A stretch of DNA of 64,000 bases from Thermoplasmatales archaeon (lineage in GTDB: Archaea > Thermoplasmatota > Thermoplasmata > Thermoplasmatales > GCA-001856825). Position numbers and translations under genes: made by a program. Of this stretch, positions 49,403-59,621 are shown one piece after another. The notes beneath the pieces were generated by a model. It worked only from the letters and a program-made list of their open reading frames with translations, did not search any database and was not told the DNA's origin. The stretch spans positions 4,574-68,573 of the forward strand of contig JAJSLL010000007.1 in assembly GCA_026127935.1 (NCBI GenBank), in the 5' to 3' direction. Position 1 is the stretch's first letter, and every line of letters starts with the position of its first letter.

Positions 49403-50035
49403 GTGCCCCAGGTACCTTCAGTCGCAGAGACTAAGAAGAATCTGTCAAAGAAATCCAAGGTCATGATCGTCGTGGTCATCATACTGGCGGTCACAACCAT
49501 CGGAGTGTCTGGAGTCCATGAGCTTACTCTAAGCAGATCCCTCTCTCCGGGCAACATGATTTTGAATTCGAGTGAGATCGAAACGGTAATGCACAACAGT
49601 AGTAGATGGAATGTTGCCTTTCTGCCAAGTGGAGACAATATTGCGAGTGCCGACTATACCAATGCGTCCCCAGTCCCTCCCTTTGGAGGGAACGTAACCT
49701 CTCCGAACATAATACTGGCAATCATCGAGAACTCATCAAACAGGTCGGCGCTCTCCGGATACCACTACCTGGAATCGCACCTGCTTTCAGTAATTTCAAG
49801 TGGAGTGGCTCTGGGAAGGTTGACGAACATCAGCATTGCCAACTATTCTGGAGATTATTTCGGTTTCTATAATTCCACAAAGAGCATAGGTGCGATTGTG
49901 GCGACCGAAGCCAATTACATCATAGTCGTCATTGTCTATAATCTAGAACCGGGCGAACTCACCCACCTGTTCAAACTGCAGGTAGACAAGATCATCAAAA
50001 TAACTGGACATGATTCTTCTCATTTCATAATTTAG
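49403..50035 (+). CDS. Membrane-anchored hypothetical surface protein
   Basis: Basic N-terminus plus TM VMIVVVIILAV, many N-x-S/T sequons. Confidence 0.6.
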   Translation: MPQVPSVAETKKNLSKKSKVMIVVVIILAVTTIGVSGVHELTLSRSLSPGNMILNSSEIETVMHNSSRWNVAFLPSGDNIASADYTNASPVPPFGGNVTSPNIILAIIENSSNRSALSGYHYLESHLLSVISSGVALGRLTNISIANYSGDYFGFYNSTKSIGAIVATEANYIIVVIVYNLEPGELTHLFKLQVDKIIKITGHDSSHFII

Positions 50036-50134
50036 AAATGTACCATTGCACCGTTCAGAATCCTTGCAAACGAATATAAAAATGGAAATTCACACATGAA
50101 ATAGTAAGTCTTATAGTTCACCAAAACGAGAAAT

Positions 50135-50701
50135 ATGGGATTAGGATTGTTACTAGTGTATTCAAGACGTGGAGATACGGGAGAGACGGACACCCCTTCC
50201 GGAAAGAGAGTGACGAAGGACACCCCAGTCATTGAATGGGAGGGAACTCTGGACGAACTGATATCGCATATAGGTTATTCGAAAGTACAGCTACCGTGGG
50301 ACGATATGAAAAGGGATCTTTCTCAGGTGCAGACCGATCTGTTCCACATGGGGGAAGAGATACTAACATCAGGCAAGGGACGTAAGCTAAGAGACGAAGG
50401 AGTATCTTGGATGGAGGGCAGGATAGCTACCTACCTCAAGGAGATAGGAGAAGTCAAGCTGTTCGTCATCCCCGGTGGGTCGCAAGAAGCTGCTGTCCTG
50501 CAACTATCGCGTGCCGTGACACGGAGGGCAGAGAGAAGGCTCGTAGAACTCAACATCATGGAGAGGGTCAATCCGCTTTCCCTGCAGTACATAAACAGGC
50601 TCTCCTCCCTGATCTTCATGATGGCACTCACCGCAAACAAGCGAAGGAAATTTACTGAGGTATTGTTCCCATGGCCCAACCCAGACACCCAGAGCAAGTG
50701 A
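50135..50701 (+). CDS. pduO: ATP:cob(I)alamin adenosyltransferase, PduO type
   Basis: YSRRGDTGETD, GTLDEL, FVIPGGS, RAVTRRAERR, YINRLS; real start probably near 50157. Confidence 0.9.
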   Translation: MGLGLLLVYSRRGDTGETDTPSGKRVTKDTPVIEWEGTLDELISHIGYSKVQLPWDDMKRDLSQVQTDLFHMGEEILTSGKGRKLRDEGVSWMEGRIATYLKEIGEVKLFVIPGGSQEAAVLQLSRAVTRRAERRLVELNIMERVNPLSLQYINRLSSLIFMMALTANKRRKFTEVLFPWPNPDTQSK

Positions 50702-50734
50702 TGATATTCAAATAGAAACTCGTGATAACGCTGC

Positions 50735-51088
50735 ATGGCTCAATCTGTTGTTAAGGGAGCCTCTGAGATAGAACAACTGGACCTAGAGGGTGGGGGAAAA
50801 ATCAGGTGGCTTATCACCCACAAAGACGGAGCGAGAAATTTCTCGATGAGACTGATAACGGTTCCGAAGGGCCAATCAACTCCTGACCATAGCCACGATT
50901 ATGAACATGAGATATTCGTACTTGAGGGAAAGGGAGAGGCGACCCTAGATGGTAAGACTACTCTCTTCAACCGAGACAGCTTCCTGTTCATTCCTGGGGG
51001 AGTGATGCACACATTGATGGCTCTAAAAGATCTGAAACTGATTTGCATTGTCCCAATTTCTGCTGCAATAAAGATACTAGGTCCCTGA
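50735..51088 (+). CDS. Cupin domain protein
   Basis: NFSMR, PDHSHDYEHEIFVLEG, IPGGVMH. Confidence 0.88.
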   Translation: MAQSVVKGASEIEQLDLEGGGKIRWLITHKDGARNFSMRLITVPKGQSTPDHSHDYEHEIFVLEGKGEATLDGKTTLFNRDSFLFIPGGVMHTLMALKDLKLICIVPISAAIKILGP

Positions 51089-51181
51089 ACAATCTTTTGA
51101 TGTGCTGAGAGCCACATTTGCTGATACACGGTGAGCAATTAGAAAACAGAGTTTAAAAAAATAAAGAAAAAAGTGGGAAAA

Positions 51182-52429
51182 TTACTCCACAGATGCGTAC
51201 TTCTTGTTGAGTTTCTCTGGGGTCGTGAATTTGAAGAACCGCTCAAAGATAGGATCTGCAGTGCCCATCAGGGTCATCCAGTAGATTCTAGCCATGCTCA
51301 TTTTCATAAAGTGTTTGGTGGCCGTCGGGGGGTACGGAACAACTGGATTCTTGTAATCTGCAATTACAAATGTTGCCTTCCCGTATGCTGTGTCGAACGG
51401 ACAGTTTATTCTCCCATTGAACTCGGAATATTTTCCCTGAATGAGTTCAGAAACCGCCATAGCCTCAAGATGTGCGGTCACACCAGTCTTGGATGTAGGT
51501 AACGTATTGCAATCTCCTATGGCAAACGCGTCGTCGTATCCAGGTATTTTCATGTGGTTCTTGTCGGCCTTTATGAACCTGTCTTCGTCCTGAACTGTCT
51601 CCGGGGTGAACTTGATTTTAGGTCCCTTGCAAGGTGGAACAATTATGGGAAGATCGTACTTCAACGATTCCCCCTCAAGCGAATTGATCGTCTTGTTTTG
51701 AACGTCGATCGTATCAACATCGAAGAAAGGCATTACCTCGATTCCCCTTTCCTTCACCATGGGTTCTACTACCCTATTCATGGGTTCTGCCGAATAGGCC
51801 CTTGGAAAAGGTGTGAAGAACACTATCCTTGACTTCCCCTTTGTCCCTGTTTTCGCAGGATCGTTCCCGTTGGAAGGCGAAATGGAATCAGAGATTCCAA
51901 CACTCATACCCATTCCTCTAAGACGCTCCTCCAGAAGGAAGGCTCCCTCCAGCAGAGAAGGGGGGCATTTGCAAGTTGGAGATGCCTGGCCAATTGCAAT
52001 TGTACCGCCCTTGAAATTCTTGACGTGGGACCACAGTTTCTGAGAGTTGTAAACGCTGGAGTGATAGTCTCCATACTCGTCGTAGATTTGTCTTAATCCT
52101 GGAATAGAGTCGGGATCTGGAGAGGTGCCTGTGGCTATTGCAATATAGTCGTAGTTGTAGACTACCTTCCTTGACCCGTACGCCTTTCTTTCATCCAGAT
52201 TTATCTCTGTAATCTCGTCCTTGACGAAATTTACTCCCGGTCTAACCAGTTCTCCGATAGGCCTGGATATTTTTCTTTTTGAACCTTTAAAGGCTATATA
52301 TAGGAACCATGGCTGGTAGAAATGCAGGTCACTCTTATCGACTATGGTTACATCAAATTCGTTTGTATCCAAGTGGTTTGCGAGGATGAGACCTCCGCCA
52401 CCACCGCCAATTATCAGTACCTTCTTCAT
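51182..52429 (-). CDS. sqr: Sulfide:quinone oxidoreductase-like flavoprotein
   Basis: IIGGGGGG, YQP, IATG, CKCPP, FAIGD, SKTG, NCPF; clustered with tusA and dsrE. Confidence 0.75.
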   Translation of the reverse strand: MKKVLIIGGGGGGLILANHLDTNEFDVTIVDKSDLHFYQPWFLYIAFKGSKRKISRPIGELVRPGVNFVKDEITEINLDERKAYGSRKVVYNYDYIAIATGTSPDPDSIPGLRQIYDEYGDYHSSVYNSQKLWSHVKNFKGGTIAIGQASPTCKCPPSLLEGAFLLEERLRGMGMSVGISDSISPSNGNDPAKTGTKGKSRIVFFTPFPRAYSAEPMNRVVEPMVKERGIEVMPFFDVDTIDVQNKTINSLEGESLKYDLPIIVPPCKGPKIKFTPETVQDEDRFIKADKNHMKIPGYDDAFAIGDCNTLPTSKTGVTAHLEAMAVSELIQGKYSEFNGRINCPFDTAYGKATFVIADYKNPVVPYPPTATKHFMKMSMARIYWMTLMGTADPIFERFFKFTTPEKLNKKYASVE

Positions 52430-52442
52430 GGCAATCTTCCGT

Positions 52443-52688
52443 TTATCTCTTGTTTATCTTTATTCTGATGACTATCTTGTCCGGCTCTTCTCTGGATTCC
52501 AATATCTCATTTCCAGTCTTCGTTGCCCATGCCTGAGTGTCAGCCTTAACTCCCTTGTCCGTAGCCCACATCTCGAATATGTCACCCACTTTGGAGTTCC
52601 TATAAGCTCTAGCAAGGTCCGTAATTGGACCCGGGCATGCCGCCCCTCTAGAATCTATTATCTTAACACCAACATCCATCTTCTTCAC
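52443..52688 (-). CDS. tusA: Sulfur carrier TusA family
   Basis: IDSRGAACPGPI, ATDKG..D..W..TGN. Confidence 0.9.
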   Translation of the reverse strand: MKKMDVGVKIIDSRGAACPGPITDLARAYRNSKVGDIFEMWATDKGVKADTQAWATKTGNEILESREEPDKIVIRIKINKR

Positions 52689-52689
52689 C

Positions 52690-53094
52690 TCATATGAAAA
52701 GTGTTTGTCCGCCTTCTGCTTGCTGGAGGAAAGTTGCTGCTCCTACCATATCGTCGACTATTGGGTCGAGATCCTCTCTCTTTATGCCCATAACACCGCA
52801 CGCCATGGAGCAGGCGTAAACTTTTGCGCCGAATTCCTTGGCTTCCTTGATCATGCTGTACCAAGATGCAACGTGCTCCCTTGCCATCCCTTCCATCATG
52901 GTTTGCCCCATGTGTTCAAATTCCTTCGGCATTATCATCTTCTTCTCTCCCTTTGTAAAGCTCAGCAATCCCCAGAATGTCACAAAAATATTCACTTCAG
53001 ATCCCATCGCAGCTGCTGCTTGTGAGAGAACTCCTGCGGAAAGAATCTTGTCCGTAGTTCCGCTGAATACTATTATAGATAGTTTATTCCCCAT
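52690..53094 (-). CDS. DsrE/DsrF/DrsH-like sulfurtransferase (DsrE2 type)
   Basis: KLSIIVFSGT.DK, AAAMG, FVTFWGL, YACSMAC, VGAATFL. Confidence 0.85.
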   Translation of the reverse strand: MGNKLSIIVFSGTTDKILSAGVLSQAAAAMGSEVNIFVTFWGLLSFTKGEKKMIMPKEFEHMGQTMMEGMAREHVASWYSMIKEAKEFGAKVYACSMACGVMGIKREDLDPIVDDMVGAATFLQQAEGGQTLFI

Positions 53095-53235
53095 AGGTCA
53101 ACACCTAATTAGAAATGTTTTTCGGTGATTTAATCCAATGCCTAAATATATTCATGGTTCTTATTGTTTTTAGGTAGGTTAAAGTCATTTAAAGTCCATG
53201 AAATCGACTTCATGAAGCGATAAGCCAAACAAACA

Positions 53236-56232
53236 TCATTTTAGTCCCTTAATCGGTTGTGCTGAAATCTTCTCAGGGTTTGCTATCACTTCGGCGAAAG
53301 CTGCTGCCTGAGATCTGGTGCTCATATAGAGGACTCTCCTCTCATAGCATGCTCGTCTCATCAGTTTACCATCAGCTTCTGATTTATAGTTTTCAGACAA
53401 TATGTTGATGACCCCTGAGATGTTTCCGAGCTTTAGCATGTCTAAGGCATTTTGACTGCCTTCAAAAATCTTCTTTATTTTCACTGTATTTATGCCATAT
53501 TTTGTCAATCTGTCGTGTGTCCCTTCTGTGCTATAGATGACCTTCCCCGAATCATTAATAATTTTAATGATTCCTAAATATTCGTTGATCCGTTTGGACG
53601 TAATTGATACGATTACTCCCTCCTTGGAAATGTCGTAACCGGCCGCTCTGTAGCCGTTGAATAGCGCATGTTTCAGGTCCTTCCCTATTCCAATAACTTC
53701 ACCGGTGCTCTTCATCTCAGGACCCAGAACAACGTCTGACCCCTTGAGTTTGTCAAACGGAAAAATGGGTACCTTCACTCCTATGAGTTCCGTTCCCCCT
53801 GAGTTTTCATATATCTTTCCACCGAACAATACGTCTACAGAAAGCTCAGATAGATTTACCCCAGAAATCTTGGAGACAAAGGGGAATGTTCTCGAAGACC
53901 TCGGGTTGATCTCTATGATGTGAACGACGTTGTCCTTGATGGCAAACTGGATGTTTATTGGACCGACGATATTGAGCCTCTTGCAGATCAGTTTCGTATA
54001 CTCTTTCATGGTTTCCCGGATGTGATTCGCAATGTTTATTGAGGGGAATATGCTAATCGAATCTCCGGAATGGATTCCGGCCTCTTCTATGTGCTCTATG
54101 ATCCCGGGTATCATGACTCTCTCTCCATCTGAGACTCCGTCGATCTCAGCTTCGATCGAATTTTCTAGATACTTCTCCACCAGAAATTCCCTGACAAACC
54201 GGCCGTGAAACTTCAGATATTCTTCCGCTTCTTCCTGAGATTTCAAAATGGCCATGTGCGCCCCGGATATGGTATAGGAAGGTCTAACGATAACGGGGAA
54301 CGAGAGCTTCTTCACTGCTTCCGTGAACGAGTCTAAAGAAGCAAAATTGTATTCTGGATAGGGGATGTTCATTTCCTTCATCAGTTCCGCGAACTTTTCC
54401 CTAGTTTCCAGGGTATCTATTGAATCCACGCTCGTGCCCAATATTTGGATTCTGGTTCCAAATTCCTGCTGAATTCTCTTGAGGATATTGATCGGTCTCT
54501 GACCACCAAACCACGGCACGAGATATTTAGCGGTGGAGTTCTGGATGACGTTTCTTACCGTCTCAAAGTCGACGGGGTCAAAGATGAGAAAGTCGCTCTC
54601 GTCAAAGTCTGTAGATACAGTCTCGGGATTGTCGTTCACCATTATTACCTTGTACCCTTTCTTCCTCAGACTGTTTGAGACGTGCACGCAGCTGTAGTCA
54701 AATTCTATACCTTGTCCAATTGTTATCGGACCTCCACCCAGAACAATCACATCTCCCTGGATCTTTTTACCCGGGTTGGAAGAGTAGTAGTAAGGAGTTT
54801 TAACGTCAAATTCTCCCGCACAGGTATCGACTATCGAGAATCCTGCTGAAGAGTTTTCTTCCTCGAACGCAGTTATCAGTTCGCTGACGAATAATTTGTT
54901 CCAACCGGTGATAGAAGATATTTTTTCCAGATCGTAACCGTGCTTGTGTGCTTCCATTATTTGAGGTTCCCTTTCCGGATTCGGAATGGCCAGGAGCGTT
55001 TCATCAAAATTCACTCTCTTGTGGAGCATCCCCGTTGATCTCAGAGATTTTCTGAATGCTTCTGAAAGAGTCTTGCCTATGCTCATGGCCTCTCCCGTGC
55101 TCTTCATCTGAGTTCCGAGCTTGAAGTCTTCCTCTGGAAATTTTTCAACAGGCCAGACCGGGCACTTGACTACCACATAATCTATCGCAGGCTCTCTTGC
55201 GGCATTGGTCTCTCCGGTTACGGTGTTCTCGATCTCTGTCAGCTTCCTTCCCAGCGATATGAGCGCCGCGACCCTTGCTATTGGATACCCTGTCGCTTTC
55301 GATGCGAGGGCAGATGACCTTGACAATCTGGGGTTTACCTCAATCACATAATACTCCCCCGTTCCGTTGTTGAATGCGAATTGTACGTTGCAAGCACCAA
55401 CGATGTTGAGATTTTCCGCAATCTTGAGTGCGGAGTTTCTGATCTTCTGATAATTGAAATCGTTGAGCGTCAGGAACGGTGTTACTACTATACTGTCTCC
55501 GGTGTGCACCCCCATCGGGTCAACGTTTTCCATTGTACAGACGGCTATCTTATTCCCGACGGAATCTCTTACAACTTCTACCTCGAGTTCGTTCCATCCG
55601 ATCACCGACTTTTCTATCAGGATTGAACCAACCTCGGAGAGAAACAGGCCCTGTTCAACGATCGACCTGAGCTCCTCTACGTTCCGTGCAATTCCTCCTC
55701 CCGACCCTCCCAGAGTGAATGAGGGCCTGACAACTATTGGGAAACCAATCTGTTTTGAGTACTTTATAGAGTCCTGAAGGGTTGAACAGTAGAATGATTC
55801 GAGAACTGGTTCTCCGATTTCCTGCATTTTTTCTTTGAATTTGAGTCTGTCCTCCGACACATTCACAACGTCCGGCTGAGTTCCCAGTATTCTCACATTC
55901 CTTGACGATAGGACGTTCGATTTCCAGAGTTCTACCAGTAGGTTGAGGCCAGTCTGTCCTCCGAAAGTACCAAGGATCGCGTCTGGTCTTTCATCATCTA
56001 TGAGTTGGGTGATGCTCTCAAGGTTTAGTGGGATCATCTTTGGCCTGATTCCTTCCCTCCGGTCCGTTTGGATTGTCGCAGGATTGGAATTTGCAACTAC
56101 AACTTCAATTCCCTCCTTCACCATTGCCTTTATTGCCTGGTTGCCCGAGTAATCAAACTCGGCAGACTGCCCGATAACTATAGGTCCCGAACCTATGATG
56201 AGTATCTTCCTCGGGAGAGATTCAATGCTCAC
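53236..56232 (-). CDS. carB: Carbamoyl-phosphate synthase large subunit
   Basis: GSGPIVIGQSAEFDYSG, NPATIQTD, RPSFTLGG, GVHTGDS, EVNPRLSRSSALASKATG, second ATP-grasp unit, MGS domain. Confidence 0.96.
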   Translation of the reverse strand: MSIESLPRKILIIGSGPIVIGQSAEFDYSGNQAIKAMVKEGIEVVVANSNPATIQTDRREGIRPKMIPLNLESITQLIDDERPDAILGTFGGQTGLNLLVELWKSNVLSSRNVRILGTQPDVVNVSEDRLKFKEKMQEIGEPVLESFYCSTLQDSIKYSKQIGFPIVVRPSFTLGGSGGGIARNVEELRSIVEQGLFLSEVGSILIEKSVIGWNELEVEVVRDSVGNKIAVCTMENVDPMGVHTGDSIVVTPFLTLNDFNYQKIRNSALKIAENLNIVGACNVQFAFNNGTGEYYVIEVNPRLSRSSALASKATGYPIARVAALISLGRKLTEIENTVTGETNAAREPAIDYVVVKCPVWPVEKFPEEDFKLGTQMKSTGEAMSIGKTLSEAFRKSLRSTGMLHKRVNFDETLLAIPNPEREPQIMEAHKHGYDLEKISSITGWNKLFVSELITAFEEENSSAGFSIVDTCAGEFDVKTPYYYSSNPGKKIQGDVIVLGGGPITIGQGIEFDYSCVHVSNSLRKKGYKVIMVNDNPETVSTDFDESDFLIFDPVDFETVRNVIQNSTAKYLVPWFGGQRPINILKRIQQEFGTRIQILGTSVDSIDTLETREKFAELMKEMNIPYPEYNFASLDSFTEAVKKLSFPVIVRPSYTISGAHMAILKSQEEAEEYLKFHGRFVREFLVEKYLENSIEAEIDGVSDGERVMIPGIIEHIEEAGIHSGDSISIFPSINIANHIRETMKEYTKLICKRLNIVGPINIQFAIKDNVVHIIEINPRSSRTFPFVSKISGVNLSELSVDVLFGGKIYENSGGTELIGVKVPIFPFDKLKGSDVVLGPEMKSTGEVIGIGKDLKHALFNGYRAAGYDISKEGVIVSITSKRINEYLGIIKIINDSGKVIYSTEGTHDRLTKYGINTVKIKKIFEGSQNALDMLKLGNISGVINILSENYKSEADGKLMRRACYERRVLYMSTRSQAAAFAEVIANPEKISAQPIKGLK

Positions 56233-57217
56233 GCATCATCCTCCGGAATTCCTCGAAGACCCCAAGCTCGTCTGTGGGTCCTGGTCCTCCCTCCGGATGA
56301 AACTGTGAGGTCAGGAAGTTCTTTCCTTCGAGGCCTTCGTTAGTTCCATCATTCAGGGACCTGTATCTCTCTCTCACTCCCTCTTGCTTATCATAAACAA
56401 CCGTGAATCCATGATTGTGGGTGGTGATACCTATCCTGCCGGAGAAAATATCTTCGACAGGATGGTTTATGCTCCTGTGCCCAAACTTCATCTTCTCTGT
56501 CTTCAGCCCCACCGAGAGTGAAATCAGTTGATGCCCCAGACAGATTCCAAGTGTTGGCTTCTTACCTATGACGTCCTTCAACGACCTCACCATCTCATTG
56601 AGATCACTGAATTCTGGATCACCCGGTCCGTTGGAAACTATCACTCCATCCACTTTTTCAATCTGCCGTGGATTAAACTGATCGTAAGGAATTATTGAAA
56701 CCGAGTAGTCCCCGAGGAATTTCAGGATGTTTCTCTTGAACCCGAGGTCAATCAGCAATAACTCCCCTTCTTTTCGAACGGCGTCCTCAATAGTTTCATC
56801 AATAAGATTTGAACTGTAAGGATTTATGAATCTGTTTTCAGAGAATGAACCCAGCTTGTTACCGTTGACCCGGATGAAATCTACAATCTTCCTCGTTTCC
56901 TTAGTTATTATTCCTGGAACTCCAAACTTTTCCAGGTATGAAGAAAATTCCTCCTTGAGGATTTCGGGAATGTGGTTTACCACGACTCCTCTGACCCTAG
57001 GGCGTCCACTCTCACCTTCTTCTCCAACCCCGTATGAACCGATGAATGGGAATGAGAATACGAGTATCTGACCCGAGTAGCTGGGGTCCGTTATTGACTT
57101 AAGATAACCGGAAGGTGAGGTGTTAAAAACAAGCTCTCCCTGAGAAACAACGTCCCTGCCAATGGATTCCCCCTCAAACACACCCAACCCATCAACGTAT
57201 AGCTTACCTAATCTCAC
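56222..57217 (-). CDS. carA: Carbamoyl-phosphate synthase small subunit
   Basis: GELVFNT..GY..TDPSY.GQI, SNGPGDP, GICLGHQ, NHG, QFHPE. Confidence 0.95.
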   Translation of the reverse strand: MRLGKLYVDGLGVFEGESIGRDVVSQGELVFNTSPSGYLKSITDPSYSGQILVFSFPFIGSYGVGEEGESGRPRVRGVVVNHIPEILKEEFSSYLEKFGVPGIITKETRKIVDFIRVNGNKLGSFSENRFINPYSSNLIDETIEDAVRKEGELLLIDLGFKRNILKFLGDYSVSIIPYDQFNPRQIEKVDGVIVSNGPGDPEFSDLNEMVRSLKDVIGKKPTLGICLGHQLISLSVGLKTEKMKFGHRSINHPVEDIFSGRIGITTHNHGFTVVYDKQEGVRERYRSLNDGTNEGLEGKNFLTSQFHPEGGPGPTDELGVFEEFRRMMREH

Positions 57218-57295
57218 TCTGACCTTTAGCGTATAGTGACTCTGAATAAAAATTTAAGGGTAAGAAAGAAGAGAATCATGAGTATCAAACTGATA

Positions 57296-58606
57296 CTACG
57301 TTTGCTCAGGTATGTATCTAAATTTTCTGAACTCCTTGAGTGATAAGAGTAAGATCCCTATTATCAAAAGACCAATTCCCGAAACCGTAAAGTCGAATAC
57401 TATTCCATTGGATTGAATGAGGAGCCCGCCAACTGCTAAACCTGCCGGAATTGCTGCAAAGGAGCCAACCGAATCAATACTCAATACTCGCGCTAGCAAC
57501 TCTGTTGGAACGGTTGCCTGAACGGTGGCAAAATAAGTAGTATTGAGTAGACCGAACATTGACCCTGCAACAGCTCCCGTCGCTAGTGAAAGATAGATAT
57601 TGTTTGAATAACCCATCAGAATGATTACTCCACCAGCAACTAGTATTGTGATGGAAATCAACGGGCCCGCAAACCTGCTCCCATTCACCCGTCCCACAAG
57701 AAGGGCACCTATGGCCATTCCGGCTCCAATTGCTGCCACAAGAAAACCAAATGCAGAAGAACTTGAACCGAACTTTACTGCAGCATAAACTACAAAGAAC
57801 TGATAGAACATGCTCCCGAAAAAATTCGCAGGGAGACCTCCTATAAGCGTCCCTTCCAATAAAGGAATATTAGCCTTCATGTATGCAATGCCTTCCCGCA
57901 AGTCACTTGAGAAGGAGTTTGGCGCGAGTTGCTCCTTGGAAGTTCTACTCTTGAATTCTCCAGCAATCTGGAATAGGAAGATGGCAGAAATAGCGTATGT
58001 CATTGAGTTGACCCCCAACCCCCAGACTCCTCCGAGATATGCGACAATCAGTCCACCTGCTGCCGCCCCAACTGATTGAAAAACACTGAAAGATCCCTGT
58101 AGCATACCATTACCATTCTCCAGACTTTCTTTGCCGATCAACATGGGAAGTAATGCCTGACTGGCAGGTTGGAATAGAGTTGAGAACGAGTAAACTATGA
58201 CCATGACCGACAGTATAAGTGAGAAGGAAAATCCTATGAAATAAAGGAAGAGGGCAAGGAATGCCATGGATATCGTTCTGACCACGTCTGATGTTACCAT
58301 CAGGAGTTTCCTGTCATATCTGTCCGCTATAACTCCTGCAAGCAGTCCCAATATTATTCCAGGGATCACACCTGCCATCCCGAGATAGGCTATGTAGTAT
58401 GCATTGTGAGTCACGTGGTATACGATATAACTGACTGCTACTGTCGAAACCGATCCTCCGAATGCAGCAACGGTAGTTGAGGCGAATAGATTTCTGAATC
58501 CCTTACCCAGCGGTGTTCGTTTAGTTTTGGTTGATGTTTCTCCACCAAAATTCCCTTCAGATTTTGTCATTTTATCGTTCCATGTTGACCGTTCATCGTT
58601 CTTCAA
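57296..58606 (-). CDS. MFS transporter (DHA3/macrolide-efflux-like)
   Basis: AGVIADRYDRKLLM, FQPASQALLP, QATVPTELLARV; 12 TM helices; start may be ATG 58570. Confidence 0.88.
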   Translation of the reverse strand: MKNDERSTWNDKMTKSEGNFGGETSTKTKRTPLGKGFRNLFASTTVAAFGGSVSTVAVSYIVYHVTHNAYYIAYLGMAGVIPGIILGLLAGVIADRYDRKLLMVTSDVVRTISMAFLALFLYFIGFSFSLILSVMVIVYSFSTLFQPASQALLPMLIGKESLENGNGMLQGSFSVFQSVGAAAGGLIVAYLGGVWGLGVNSMTYAISAIFLFQIAGEFKSRTSKEQLAPNSFSSDLREGIAYMKANIPLLEGTLIGGLPANFFGSMFYQFFVVYAAVKFGSSSSAFGFLVAAIGAGMAIGALLVGRVNGSRFAGPLISITILVAGGVIILMGYSNNIYLSLATGAVAGSMFGLLNTTYFATVQATVPTELLARVLSIDSVGSFAAIPAGLAVGGLLIQSNGIVFDFTVSGIGLLIIGILLLSLKEFRKFRYIPEQT

Positions 58607-59244
58607 TTTGGTATGTTTCTCGATAGCTTCTCTATCTTGGTCACTCTTCCAACGTTAGCATTGGGAGAGATTTTTGCGACCTTCACATACCTTATTTCCT
58701 TGATATCTGAATATTTCTCAACGTTGATCACATTGCATTCAATTGTACCACAGTCTGTGTCTTTCTCTATATTCACACTATCGGCAAATATATCCTCAAC
58801 CTCTCCCCCCTTCTCTATGTTTATCGTCCTGCAAATTATCGTCCCCTTTATTCTTGAGTCTTTGTCTATTTCAATTTCTTGGGCCCTTATTTCCATTGCA
58901 CTCATTTTTCCAGACAGCTCTATTCTGGTAGCTTCGATATTTTCCGCTGCAATTTTACCTGAAACTTCTATCTTCCCTGATTTCAATCCGCTCCCAATTT
59001 CCGCAGCCCCACTTATTTCGAGATCTTTACACTCGAGAGATTCTCCAATTTTCAGGCTGCCGCTGACTTTGATCGAGTCCACCTTGACTTGGCCAGAAAT
59101 CTTCCCGGACCCACTTATCTCAAGACTTTTCCCTTCCGCACTTCCATCTATATTCAAGGAGCCCGACAGATCTATTCTCTTGAACTTCACAGGGCCGGTA
59201 AATCTCAAAGAACCTCCTATTGAGAGATCTTCTATCTCCTGCAT
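58603..59244 (-). CDS. Bactofilin-like (polymer-forming cytoskeletal) beta-helix protein
   Basis: Tandem repeats of about 17 aa: LEISGSGKISGQVKVDS / IKVSGSLKIGESLECKD / LEISGAAEIGSGLKSGK / IEVSG.. Confidence 0.65.
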   Translation of the reverse strand: MQEIEDLSIGGSLRFTGPVKFKRIDLSGSLNIDGSAEGKSLEISGSGKISGQVKVDSIKVSGSLKIGESLECKDLEISGAAEIGSGLKSGKIEVSGKIAAENIEATRIELSGKMSAMEIRAQEIEIDKDSRIKGTIICRTINIEKGGEVEDIFADSVNIEKDTDCGTIECNVINVEKYSDIKEIRYVKVAKISPNANVGRVTKIEKLSRNIPN

Positions 59245-59295
59245 GACTTTTGATTTAGCCGATATTTATAAGTATAACTCACAACTTGTTAGTTA

Positions 59296-59544
59296 ATGAA
59301 CAGATGCAGACACGATATCATTGACGATATGTTGAAGGCTCTTTCAATTGATGCAAAGAGAGTCACAGACCTGTGTTTTGCAAGTAATGTTCCTGTCGAT
59401 AGGGGAATATTAATTCTCTCAAAGATGGAAGAATTTGGATTGTTATTTAAGACCGAAGAAAAAGGTGAAAGTACGTACAAACTTACCGATCACGGGTATG
59501 AATGGATTGGACTTTACAAACATTTGAAGAAAGTATTACCTTGA
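59296..59544 (+). CDS. Small archaeal winged-HTH protein
   Basis: R.RHDIIDDML..T.L..SN, GLL, YKLTDHG pattern. Confidence 0.75.
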   Translation: MNRCRHDIIDDMLKALSIDAKRVTDLCFASNVPVDRGILILSKMEEFGLLFKTEEKGESTYKLTDHGYEWIGLYKHLKKVLP

Positions 59545-59621
59545 CTGTTTTAGTAGTTATTGAAAACTCGCAAGATCTGACAAGTAGGTCAAGGTTAATA
59601 ATTTGAGTATAATTTAGGACT

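Noticed and set aside
58613-59296. 227-aa plus-strand ORF opposite the bactofilin-like gene, and similar long antisense ORFs such as 3850-4527, 11495-12064, 40869-41417 and 24765-25109
   Set aside because: Antisense shadows of recognisable genes, with no motifs of their own
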